Shown in pieces: positions 23,703 to 35,032 of a stretch of DNA of 64,000 nt. Numbering within the stretch: the first letter of the stretch is position 1; every line of letters starts with the position of its first letter. Below the pieces are notes generated by a model. The model made no database searches, was not told where the DNA came from, and was given only the letters and a program-made list of their open reading frames with translations. Location: positions 310,001 to 374,000 of the forward strand of contig CDLV01000012.1 in NCBI GenBank assembly GCA_001244265.2, in the 5' to 3' direction. Position numbers and translations under genes: made by a program. This DNA is from Microbotryum violaceum. Lineage: Eukaryota.

Positions 23703-25500
23703 ATGGCGCCCAAGATGGACGTGGATCAATCGGATGCGAGCGTGTACCTCACCCGACAACTGAGCTCGCCTTCGCTGCCCCACGAGCTGAAGCCGTTCTA
23801 CCAGGCATTCGAGAGGTTCTACAACAACAAGTAAGTCAACTGGAGATGACTTGCAGCTGTGAGGTGCGATGTGGGCTGCCTCACTTCTCACTTGGCTAGC
23901 CGGTGTGAACTGGCGGGTTGTGGGGAGCTGCTCCGTCCATTCCCGTCGGCTCACCCTAATCCCCCCCTTCTTCTCACCTTCCCCTCAGGCTCTGGTACCA
24001 ACTCACAAGTACGATCGAAAACTTTCTCCAAGTCCCCTCGTCGGGACCGTACCAGATCGAGCTATGGGAATCATTCGTCTCGACTTTCGCGCAGAGGATC
24101 AACCAGCTCAAGTTGATCACCATTGGGATTAGCACGGCGAGGCAGTTCAGTGGTCAGTTCTTGCGATATCGTAAATGATTTGTGGGGGACAGGCGTCGTC
24201 GAGCGTCCGAAGTTGGTGCTGCTGAAGGAGGCGAATCGAGCTGACGTATCCCCTCTCCCTCCCCCTCTCTTCCCCACCCGACTCTACGCACGACGTATTT
24301 CAGACGGCACCCAAGGCCTCGACTTTCTGACCAGGTTGGCCGGAAAAGTCGACACCCCCGAAACGCGCGAGGCGTACGTCCTCGCGACCATGGAAGCGGC
24401 CTACTTCAAGCTCTTGCTCGGCGACAATGAAGGCACCAAGAGCGCGATCGATACTTGCGCCAAAGTGCTGGACGCGATGGACAGTGTTGATTTGGTGGTG
24501 CATGCGAGTTATTATAGGGTTGCGGGGGATTATTACAAGGTAGTTCTGTGGTCCGGGTGAGCACGCAAGGTGAACCGTGATATGACCGAGCTGACAACCC
24601 CATCTCGACACTTCGCTCAGGCCAAGGCCGAATACGCAGACTATTACAAGAACTCGTTGCTCTACCTCGCGTGCGTCACCGTCGACAAGGACCTCACTCT
24701 ACCGGAACGAGTACAACGCGCCCACGATCTCGCCATCTCGGCCCTCTTGGGCAAGATTTACAACTTTGGTGAACTGGTCCGTCTTGGTCATGTCGGAGAG
24801 ATGGTCGGGGGACTAGGTACTGATGATCGATCGTTGTCTGCGTACATACAGCTCATGCACCCAATCCTCGATTCACTGAATGGGACTGAGTACGCGCCGA
24901 TCAAGAACCTCTTGTTCGCTTTCAACGCCGGTGACATTGGTCAATTCGAGAGCCTGTCCCATGCGATTGCCCAAGAGGTGAGTTTCATTCATCCCCTATT
25001 GGGCCTAGAGACAAGCCCAACTGATCTTACATCTTTACCCTCGCTTCCCTGTAGCCCATCCTGCAAGAGAATTACAGCACCTTGCGCCAAAAGATTTGTT
25101 TGATGGCCCTGATCGAAGCCGTGTTCCGAAGACCAACGTCCGAGAGGGTCTTGCCTTTCAGCGTCATCGCCGCCGATACACGGTTACCGATCGACGAGGT
25201 CGAGCATTTGGTCATGAAGGCTTTGTCGTAAGTTTGAAACCGTCTGTACCGAATGGGTGGGCGGGAGGATGTTCAGCTAAGTAAGGAAGATTACCCCTTC
25301 ACAACGCTCACAGACTCAAACTCATCCGAGGCACCCTGGACCAAGTATCTTCCACGACGTCCATCTCATGGGTCCAACCGCGCGTGTTGGACAAAGTACA
25401 AATTGCTGGATTGAGGGATCGATTGGCGGGGTGGACGGATCAGGTCACGAGTGTGGGGGAGTTCACGCAGTCGCAGGCGCCGGAATTGTTTGCTCAGTAG
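23703..25500 (+). CDS. RPN9: 26S proteasome lid subunit Rpn9 (PSMD13, PCI domain), multi-exon
   Basis: KLWYQLT, INQLKL, YYKNSLLYLAC, IYNFGELLMHPIL, LRQKICLMALIE, VEHLVMKALS and SWVQPRVLD. Confidence 0.96.
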
Positions 25501-27390
25501 GGGCGCACGGGGTTCGGATGGGCTGGTGGTGTATGAGATGACAAATGAAACGAAGCTGCATTCACTTGATAGGCTCCGTTCTTTGAGATGTTCGTCAAAA
25601 TGCTTTCCTGGGCGGTGAGACTCCCGAGCCAAGTTTCATTCTCATTCTCGAGGTACGTCTGCCTCGCAGGGCAGATACTCAAACTGATCCGTGTTCTTCA
25701 GTGAGTCGGTCGAGATCCAGGGCCTCTCGGTTCATGGTAGGCAACGTGTACTCCACCCGAACGATCAGGTGATCTGCTGATGGCCCCTGTTGCCTACGGT
25801 CCAGATTCCTTCTTCGTTCATGGTGCTGCGGTCCCCCAATGCCGAGCCCGCCCCGTTTCGGGTTGATTCGCCTCTCTCGTGGTCTCTGGTGTCTTGAGAG
25901 AATGACCTATCTTTATCCCGCTTTGTCGCTTACGCGGTGAGGGGCATGCTGTAGACGCAGCAACCCCTGTCTGCGCCTTTCCGCCAGCTCGTCACCCAGG
26001 CCCGGTGGCACCCCAAGCCCCAAGGAACTGACACCTAGCCTCGTTCTAGTATGCTCTCACTTTGGCCACGCATCCCAACCGCAGTCTGGTATACCCGTCT
26101 CCTCCATCAGCATCTCCATATGGAGCGGACTCGAGGCAGTTCGGGGCGATTCCCAGGTCGACCGGAGCCCTCGTGCAGGTTCCTGAACGGCCTGAACCAT
26201 CGGATCACCCAGAGCCGGGAGCCCATATCTTTGCTTGTGGTGCGCTAGACTACTCTTGCTGCCATCATATGCATATTTGAAGCCGTTTCTTTGACTGCGA
26301 CAAAGAGAGAAAGCATTGTAATGACATGTGATGACATCGTAAACGCTATATAGAGCCCGCTGTTTCAGGGGTTCGATACGCTGCTCCACAAGTGTAGTGC
26401 TTGTTAAGACTTGTCGCTTCGGCGGATACAACTTTTTGGACCACGGAAAATCGGCTGACCAAAGTGTTGGACAATCCCATGCGCTATAAGAAGGTCAGAA
26501 AGGTGCAAAAACAGGTCGATGGGACCGGGGTTCCCTATCCGTGGTACAGGTAAAGTTGGGTTCTTTTGTACCCAAACTAGGGAGAAATGAGAATTGACTT
26601 TCCAGCTAGCTCTATAGCTACAAATGGAGGCGACTCTACTTAAATGAGAATAAGAATTTGAATTCCAGCTGGTCTACAATGAGACGACCCTTATCGGGCG
26701 CTGGACCACATTAACTGGGCTATCGCCTCTGACCTGACCTACGACTTCCAACCGCTCCCCTTACCCTGTTCGATATTGCAACCTACACTGCTCCATTGAG
26801 CTGCACCCTGTCCATCCCTTCTTCCTTGACTCTCACTATCTTCTACGGATTTCCGCCCACGCCTTTTGGCGATCACCCCATATCCTTGCTGTCCCTTTAA
26901 GCAGTTCATGACAGTGCCATGTCTGCAGTAATTTCGCCCTCATGCGTTCTGGAATGGCCTCCATGGCTAACGCCGGTACCGGAGTAAAGCTCACACCATA
27001 CCACCATCCGTGTTGTGATACCAAATCTTGTGCGAATCGGACCAATTTCTCCCGTTCCCCTTCGCCCACGTTGTCAGCTGTAGCCTTGATAAAACCTATG
27101 GTTGCGTTTTTCTGATTGGAGTTGTACTCGGATTCTCACCGATTTTGGGCATCTGAGAAAAACGTGCTCCTCCGTTCGAACTCCGATCCCTTTGCGCTGG
27201 TATACCGTGGGCAAGAGGGATCAGTCCGATTTCGCTGCTCTTCACTTCCGCGCCGCTTCATTCTTGTTGTTAGTGGCAGTGATGAGCTTCGAAGTTGCCA
27301 TTGCACCAGTGCAGCATACGACGATCTCGCTTTTTTGTAGGGGTAAATTGCTGGTTTCATCCCTGTTAACTGTAATAGGCGAATTTTCTT

Positions 27391-28590
27391 CTATGTTGTG
27401 TCGGCTAATTTTCCAAATTGAACCTGTGTCAGCCTTTTCTCCACTATCTCTCCAATGTTGTTTTCGATCCATTCGGTATCGTCCTTTATGACCCAGCTTG
27501 AAAGTCCATGTGTTGGTGGTCGAAGCACAAAATGCATATCCTTGTGGGCACGATTCGCTTCCGCGTCGGCCCTTCGGTTCAGTATTGACCGTTCATCCTG
27601 TCCCGTCGTGTGGGCTTTCACATGGTGTACAGGAAGTATTGACGTGGCCAACACCAACCTTCGGAGCCACGAGTGATACGAGAGACTGGGTATTTTCCTC
27701 GATATCTCCCGCTCTGGGTGCGCCTGCCACTCCTTGATGAGGCGCGCCGTTCCCAGATGGTCCGTCATGATAGTGATCGGTGCCCTGTCTGACGTCATGT
27801 ATGGTGCAGCAATCACCGCCACAATGAGCGCGGTAACTTCCGCTTGCTGAATTGTTGCACGATACGGGAGAAGTAACCTAAGGTCCACTGGGCCCACCAC
27901 TGCTGCTGCCGTGGATGTCCGACAGGTCCCCCACTTTATGACGGAGCCATCCGTTGCCCATACGCTCTGCCGGATCTTCTGTGTCGGGTCGAGTCCCTGT
28001 GCTCTGATCTGGGCTTCCACGTTTGCCATGATGTCGTTCTCCTGTTGGCTACATCGAGCCTGCCGACTCTGACCGTCGTTCGTTCCCCGGCCGGAAGTCT
28101 CCAAGGACAGGAGCTCTTTCCTTGCTGGCCGTGCGATCAGCTCAAGTTGTGTTCGGATTTGACGGCTTTCTCCGTCGATCAGGTTCATCCTGCGGCCCAG
28201 GTCTGAGAGGGTTCGTGTGTTTGCGGTTTTGAGTGCTTGTACTGCGGAGTTGATGGCCCGACCTTGATGGCCTCTGGTATACTTGACTAGTAAATGTGCC
28301 AAGCTGACGTCCCCGGACCGCAGACTGATGTCGTCGGTGTTCGCTATTTCTAGTGAATGACGGGCGTCCCGAATCGCAAAGGCGTTTGCCCAGTTTGGCG
28401 CAATTGTCCTTGTCAAGTATTCCTTTTTATTTTTTTCTGCCCCCCAAAGTTTAAGCAGGCTTCTCCCCTTTGTTTTCTTTCTCGCAGGGTTTCTTGGCCA
28501 GGTCGCCAGTGGCATCGATTTCACTCCTGATTCGCATTTGTTCGGCCCGCAGTGCAGGTCGCTGAGCGTGATTTGAGCCATCGCTCGCAT
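27391..28590 (-). pseudogene. LINE fragment containing the RNase H domain
   Basis: WATDGSV, QQAEVTAL, MTDH, HHVKAH and NRRADAEA give the D-E-D-(H)-D RNase HI pattern. Confidence 0.88.
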
Positions 28591-29057
28591 GGTGGTTCGA
28601 GATCCCGTAGTACTCCTGTTACGATCATGTTGGCATTAAGCCTCCAGATGCTTGAAAGTCCCATGCCGAATTCTGCTATCGGCATACATAGGAGTTTAGC
28701 GCTTGCCGTAAGGGGCAGGTTGAAGTACTGCTGGACTTGATTCGCGAGCAAGTTGTCAAGTTTCTCGGCTTGGTCCATGCTGACTGGGCTAAGACTCAGC
28801 TTTCCCCGAAACCACCGCTTGTTCTAGATATCTCAGCACCGCCGTCAGTGGCAAACGTTGTGTTGGCCTTGATGGAATCCCCGAACAGATGGAAATTATT
28901 TTGATACTTTCAAAGTGAGCGTTTTCATAGTCCAGTGAGGTCCGTAGAAATGTCAGCCCCTGAGCAACTCGGACATCTCTGGGTCCGTGGGGTGTTTCGA
29001 TTGTCATTTGGGCATGAGGACTCGGCCTTGGGACTTTCCTCTGCATTTGTTCCGTGT

Positions 29058-30010
29058 CTACGAGGTCGGTTGGTATTCCCCTACGATGAATATCTTTGTC
29101 TTTTCGCCCCAGTCCGTCTGAGCTCCATATGCCTCCTGAAACGTTTCCATAAGTAGCGCCCTTCGGCTAAGTTCTTCTGGCGAGCGCGCAAAAATCATTG
29201 TGTCGTCCATAACAGACACCATTGTGAGGTTAACCTCTGCGTTGTCGCCTTCGTGATGTATGCAACCTTTTCTGGCGTTTCCTGACTTCAGAATGAGCGG
29301 CGTGGTCGGGTTTTCATCTGTGGCTTTATTGTCCTGCTCTGTCTCGCTTAGGTAATATGCCCCCATTGCCATGCTGAGTGCAAATTTTAGGGGGTTTGGC
29401 GGGTCACCCTGCTTCATTTGTCCGTCGGCCGTAAATGGTTCCGTTGGCCCATAAGGGGACGAAAAATCGGCCTTGTGCTAGGCAGGCGTGATCGAAATCC
29501 TCCACTGCTTTGGGCAGCCCAAAGAAGTTGTAAGCATCATATCCCGCTTCTGCTCGTAGTAAATCGAAGCCTTTCTTTTGATTTCGTACAAGGGCGTAGA
29601 TAATTTCATCGTGGCGGTATGCCCATGCCTGTACTTGTGAGAGGTAGCTTGTGAGATCGCGTTGTGGGGTCCCGCTTTGTACTGCGGTCTGGGTTTCTGG
29701 AATGAGGTGGCGCCTCATTGCATACTCCTGCCCCAGCGTGGTGAACCAAGAGGTCGCTAAGATCGCCAGTATAGGTCCGAAACATACCGCTCGATAATTG
29801 TTGAGTTCTGTATACAGGCCTCGATTCTTATGCATCGGGAGGATATAGTGATCTTTTAACTTATCAAAATGATTGGTTGTCAAAACGAAGTTGAGCAGTT
29901 TCCGGACAATCTCTTAAGTCACTCTCCGCTAGTTCTGCCACTGCAGAACCCACTTTTCCAACCCATCCGGCCCTGGTGACGGACTTTGGTTTCCTTTGTG
30001 AAGGAGTTTG
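29058..30010 (-). pseudogene. LINE reverse transcriptase fragments
   Basis: KGNQSPSPGPDGLEKW, then in-frame stops at ~29914-29932, LPMHK..NYRAVC, NQKKGFD, a frameshift, KQGDP and SVMDDT. Confidence 0.88.
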
Positions 30011-30099
30011 TGCAGATCATTCTTTTTTAGTATCTGTGGCCATGTGAATGGCGTTTCACGGGCCTCAGCAAGAAAACTTTCTGCTGCGCGGCTGTGCAT

Positions 30100-32598
30100 T
30101 CACGGTCGTTCCGGCGGGATCCCTTCCGCGTCCTTCTGGAACAAGTTCTCGAAGTACGCTTTTGTCTCTGCCTTTACGGCCCCCGATTCGCTCGCCATTG
30201 CTCCATCTACTGGAATTGCGTACGGCTCAATCGGTTCTGACCAGTGCAGAAGGGTTCTCTTTACTGGCCCTCCGTGAAGCATACTTGCCAGTTTTGCCCC
30301 ATCTTTCTTTTTCGCCGCTTCGCGGAGCTCCTTTCGTTTTAGAAACCCTTCTTCTTTATTTAGGCGTGCGCGCTCCTTTTCAGCTACGGCTAGAACGTTG
30401 ATGTGGGTCTCGAGGGCGATTCTATCCAACCTAGTTAGGAGTCGGGGAAGCCACTTGTGTACTCCTTCCGCTTGCATCAGCCCGTCAAGATAATTGTTCT
30501 TGGGTGCATGTATCAACCGGTTGAGCTGTTTCCCGTCGCCCAAGACATGGCGGTACTGTGCCGACCCCATCCATTCCTTCTGTTTTACCGGCCCTCTTGT
30601 TCCGAAAACCTTTCTGGCAGTAGTGTTGATCAGCTCTATGAATTCTTCGTACACGCTGTCCCATTCCTCCGTGGATTGAATTTCCTTTCCGTTTAGAGAT
30701 AGGTATGGTTGAAGGATGTCGTTCGTCCGAAGGCTGCTGGAGATTGTGGCTCTGAAGAGGGCTTTACTCGCATCTCCTTTCCTCGCCAGTCGGACGCGCT
30801 TAGGGCCTGCATTGTTCACCTGGGCAGCCGGTGGTTTACATCCTTCGAAGGCGATGAGAACTACTATCGGCTTATGGTCTGAGCCGGTTGGCGTTCCTCC
30901 CCTAATCGTTTCTATATCGATATACCCTGGTGCGACTGAACTGGCTGCGCGATCCAGGAGCGCTTTTGTTTTGTGCGCCATGGATTGGTGCGTCCAGTCT
31001 TTGGTTACCGACATTCCTGCTTTCGCATTCTATGAATCTGTTGCCTCCATGTCTCGTAAGAACCGCGAGTATCGTAAATTAGCTTTGTTCATTGTGTAGG
31101 TTGTTGCATCAGACTCGTGGACGCCAAGAGTAGCATTAGTGTCGCGCAACAGGATCCAGTTGGTGATCGATCCGTTCCTCAGATTATTCGTTACTTCTGT
31201 CCAGAACAGGTCCAGTGCCGACTCTCCTCCCGTCGTCTGATGCTCGAAATCCAAATGGGGGCAGTATGCGGCTAGTATCCGGACCTTCTCACTGGGGCCC
31301 CTTTCTCTGCTCAAGAGAATGTCAGCTATCACGACTCGTCCGGCAAGTGGTCCTTCGGCAAACATTTTGTGCTGTATGACCGGTATACCCTTCCGAACCA
31401 AGAGCAACACTCCATATTTTGCCGATGCACCCCCTTGTGCTCTCTCAACTGGCAGAGAGTTTGTCTGAAACGCTAGGTAGCCTTGGGTGTTAAGGAGTCG
31501 CTGCGTGTTGATTGGCTCTTTGAGCTCCTGTACAGTTAGGACGTCTGGTTTCTGCGTGTCGAGCAACTGCTGGATGCAGTTCGCTTTGATTGCACTCGTG
31601 CCATTCATGTTCGCCGAAAGGAATTTAAGAGGAAAAATTCCGATTGCAGCCGCGGCTGGGAGGTTTGACAGGAGTAGTATGAGGGCTAAAGGGACTGCTC
31701 GGGTAGGCTGGCTAGCTATGAGGGCCGTAAATACGAGGAATTCAATACAAGTTTTGAGTATGGGCTGGTTGAGATCGCGATGTTGGTTTTTAACCTCAGT
31801 AGTTGGTAGGTCCGCTTGGCAGATGTACCTCACTCTTCTACCTCCATGGTGCTGTCCGTACTGTTGGTTATTTTGGCCTGCTGACATCGAAAGTTTATGA
31901 GCATCGCTCTCGCTACGTATCAGTACAGCGGTGGTGTTAAATAAACCGACCAAGGTAGATCGTACTCGGCCCAGTTGTGTGTCGGTACTACTCCTTTTTA
32001 GACCGGTGCGCGGCGCTCGGCGTCCTGTCGGAGACGGGCTTGCAGGCGATGGGCTTTCAGGCATGGCCAGTGTACTTGCCACAGCGGGGTCCGTGGTTCT
32101 CAATTCGGTCAATGTCGGGGGTGATCGGCCGTTGCCCGTACTGACGGCCCGCAACATCGTTATCTGTCCGGCACTTGCTTGTATGGTCGATGTCCAGCTC
32201 GTGTCTAGTCCGCTGGGCTCGTTGGTGGGCTGTAGCAGTGTCTGACGGACTTTGGCGGCTCTTTGGTCGACGATGCTTTGGAGGTCCTTTTCTGCCTTCT
32301 CCAGCTGCGCCCGCGCTTTGCTCTCCATGACCACGGCTCGCTGAAATTTTGCAGTCAGGTACTCCTTCTCGTGTGCGGGAAGGTTAGGTCGCTCCAATGT
32401 AGCTGGCACGTCATCGATGGCGGCTTCTGCTTGCTCGGCACGTGACGTGAAAAGCTCGATTTGTAAGAGTTGTCCGCGCTCTTGAATATTGGAGTCCATC
32501 ATGACATCAGACGCGCCATGCTGGAAGGCACACTGACACAGCGGCAGAGACGCCGTTCGAACGTTCCTCTGACAATCCAGCTTGGGTGGCGGCCGCAC
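30100..32598 (-). pseudogene. LINE N-terminal coiled coil, hydrophobic segment and APE endonuclease fragments
   Basis: The 522-aa ORF carries FLSANMNG/QELK/YGVLLL/AYCP/DTNA. The 304-aa ORF carries the terminal APE motif SDHKPI. Confidence 0.85.
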
Positions 32599-34239
32599 CG
32601 GTGAAGTCCTGCATTTTGAAAGTTGCCATTGCGTTCAATTTTGTTGTTGTGTTGAGTTGGGTAGGGATTTGGTTGAAGGTAATTGGATGGGCTGGGGGAT
32701 CAGTGAAATGGCAAAGGGAGAGGAGCGCGGCGCGGCGAATCAGGCGGTGGCATGATCTCTTTTGTTTTCTTGTGCATTGTTTGTAGATTGATCGGGAAAC
32801 CGCAGCACTGGGTAGTGGGTCATGAGCATCGGTTCGCTTGTCCGTTTGCCGAGGTGGAGATTGTCGTTCGTGGGAATGGGCGAAGCGCGAGAGTCCATGC
32901 CTTTTGAAGAGTCCGTGCCTTTGGATAGCGCGTGCCACGCTGCTCCTATAGTCAGGGTGTTGAAACGTTGGTCTCTTGGGGTCCTGTTTGTCAAAAGTTG
33001 TTTGGGGTGCCACATTCCTTCTCTGGGTTGAGTGAACTTGAGGGGATCAGGTCTGAAAGAGGTTGTGTTCCTGACACTATTTCCAAGTTTGGGTGTGGCT
33101 ACCTTACACAGGCCATAATTTACGCCGAGGTATGATTTCCCGCGTCGATAATGAGGAAAAAATCGTAGTTCCTCTATCCGTAGGTGTATGTTGCGTATGA
33201 TGATGAGTATGGTGCAGGTTAGTCTGAAGTGTTTCCCGATCTTATTTCCGCAGGCCGCAGTGCTTTCTTTGTGACACTGAGCAAGGCCTTTGACTGTTAA
33301 CTTGAATTTGTTTTGTTGGGCATCACGTGACGTTAGTGAGCTTAGTGAGCCGGGTGGGCCGGCCCTGGTGGGGTCCAACGGTTCCAGCCAACGTAATGTC
33401 ATAGTTTCCTGGGCAGTGGGGAGGGTGATGTTTGCATGCGGATTCCGTCTTTAGATACTCCGTGTCACTGTTTGGGTGCTTGAAGTCTGTGTTGGGTCTA
33501 GGGTTTGTGCGGTATTTGTCCGATGCTACTAACTGTGACGAGCGCTGCTTGTGCGGCGTTCCGATTAGGCTTGGCGGAATTGCTGGGTGCTTGCAGCTTG
33601 GTTGGGTGATCCTGTTGTATTCAGAAACCAGGTTGTGGTTTTTTTCTTTGGGGTTCAGATAGATGTGCCATTTTTTAAAGTGGTTTTGTATAGATATTTG
33701 TGTGTTTTATTCGAGCGTCGTCTGGGCTGCATTGGCCTTAGGAGGACGTCGGTTGGTTTTGGGACGATGGTTCTCGCACATACAACGCTGGGGTCCATAG
33801 GACCTGTCGCAGATGACGATTGATAGAAACATTTTCCCTTGCATGGCATGTGGTGACTACCGGAGATCCAGATGGGCTTGGCTAATGGCCGTACAAAGGA
33901 TTCCAGTAGTTCACAGCTCTCCCCTCCTCCTCTTCTTCCTTCCCTTCCTCCTCTGTCGGTCCTATAGTGTCGTGATTTGGTCAATATAGTGCTTCTTGTG
34001 GTGCTGTGTTGTTGAAGTTGATAGTGGCGTAGTTTGTTGGCCGCTAGTCCAGTGTGGTGATGGGTTGAGGGTCGAGCTCGTTCCGAGTTGAGTGACGGTT
34101 CGCGGCTGCGGGCCGATACCGCTTGAAAGCGGGTGGTGTAGACGAATAGGTCGCAAGCGAGCCAGATCAGGTGGAACAACTGTACAGTAAACATCAAAGG
34201 GTAAAGAGCGTAAGAGTGTAACGTATGGGGTATGAATGA

Positions 34240-34285
34240 CGGATGGATGGATGGATGGATTGACGGATGGATGGATGGATGGATG
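34240..34285. repeat. (GGAT)n microsatellite, ~11 imperfect units
   Basis: ggatggatggatggatggattgacggatggatggatggatggatg, read directly. Confidence 0.95.
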
Positions 34286-35032
34286 AAAGGCCCCATCTCC
34301 GACCGGCGTAAATGACCTCGACAAGGCGGTGGGAAAGAGTGCGCACGCGCAGTGTGGTCCGATTCTCCGAACCTTAGAATACCCATGCCCAGGGGTTGCC
34401 CGCGAAGCGGAAAAAGAGAAAGAAAGAATGCGTGCAAAATATACGCACACTCGAACCCACAATTCGGCCAAGCCAATATTTTTTGGGCCAAATTGCCCTG
34501 CTTTTGACCGCCCTATTGGGCCGGTTCGGTTCGAAATAAGGGGGCGGGCTAGGTTGCTCAAATGTACTACATTACAAAATCATCCTCAGATCCCCTGCTC
34601 GCCCCGTTCTCCCCATACTCCTCGTATTCTCCTCTGCTTAGCCCCCCATGTAGAATACCCATTCGTCACTGACTTGCCTGTCTCGATGAAAGCCTCGGCC
34701 ATCCCGTCGGACTTCGGAGTCCGCCAGCCGTGTGAGAGGGTCGCATTCATCAGCCTCCAACTCCTGCAAAGTTCGAAGCAGCTTTGGGTGTACTCGTCCG
34801 GCTTCCTCAGCAAGTCGTCGGTAGAGTTGAACGCGCGAGGACAATGAAAAGCTTGAGTGTGTGGATACTTCGATCCGCCGCAGAAAGAATTCGCACTTGG
34901 CGCGTTCTGGGGACACCAGCGCGCTTCGCCAACCGCGACCTTCACGTGACGTCAGCATAGTAGCCATCGGCGTCGGCTCCCAGTGCAAGCGCTGCTCGTT
35001 CATTCAGGACACTCACATTCGACCGAAGCGAT

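Larger units (their letters stand above)
26584..33900 (-). mobile_element. Degenerate non-LTR (LINE-like) retrotransposon: APE endonuclease, reverse transcriptase, RNase H and C-terminal Cys/His motif. 5' boundary uncertain (32.6-34 kb)
   Basis: APE motifs (SANMNG, DVLTVQE, ILAAYCP, DTNA, SDHKPI), RT motifs (SPGPDG, NYRAV, KKGFD, KQGDP, VMDD), RNase H motifs (ATDGS, QAEVTA, TDH, HVKAH, NRRAD) and CPR..EHVFLRC. Broken by stops and frameshifts. Confidence 0.9.

Noticed and set aside
25960-34400. GCAACCCCTG / CAGGGGTTGC 10-bp inverted pair as TIRs around the LINE island
   Set aside because: The match is short, faces the wrong way for hAT-type termini, and shows no target-site duplication.
32640-34491. 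Gag-like ORF1 of the LINE
   Set aside because: No CCHC knuckle or RRM is recognisable in the 168-278-aa ORFs. Left as an unassigned 5' region.
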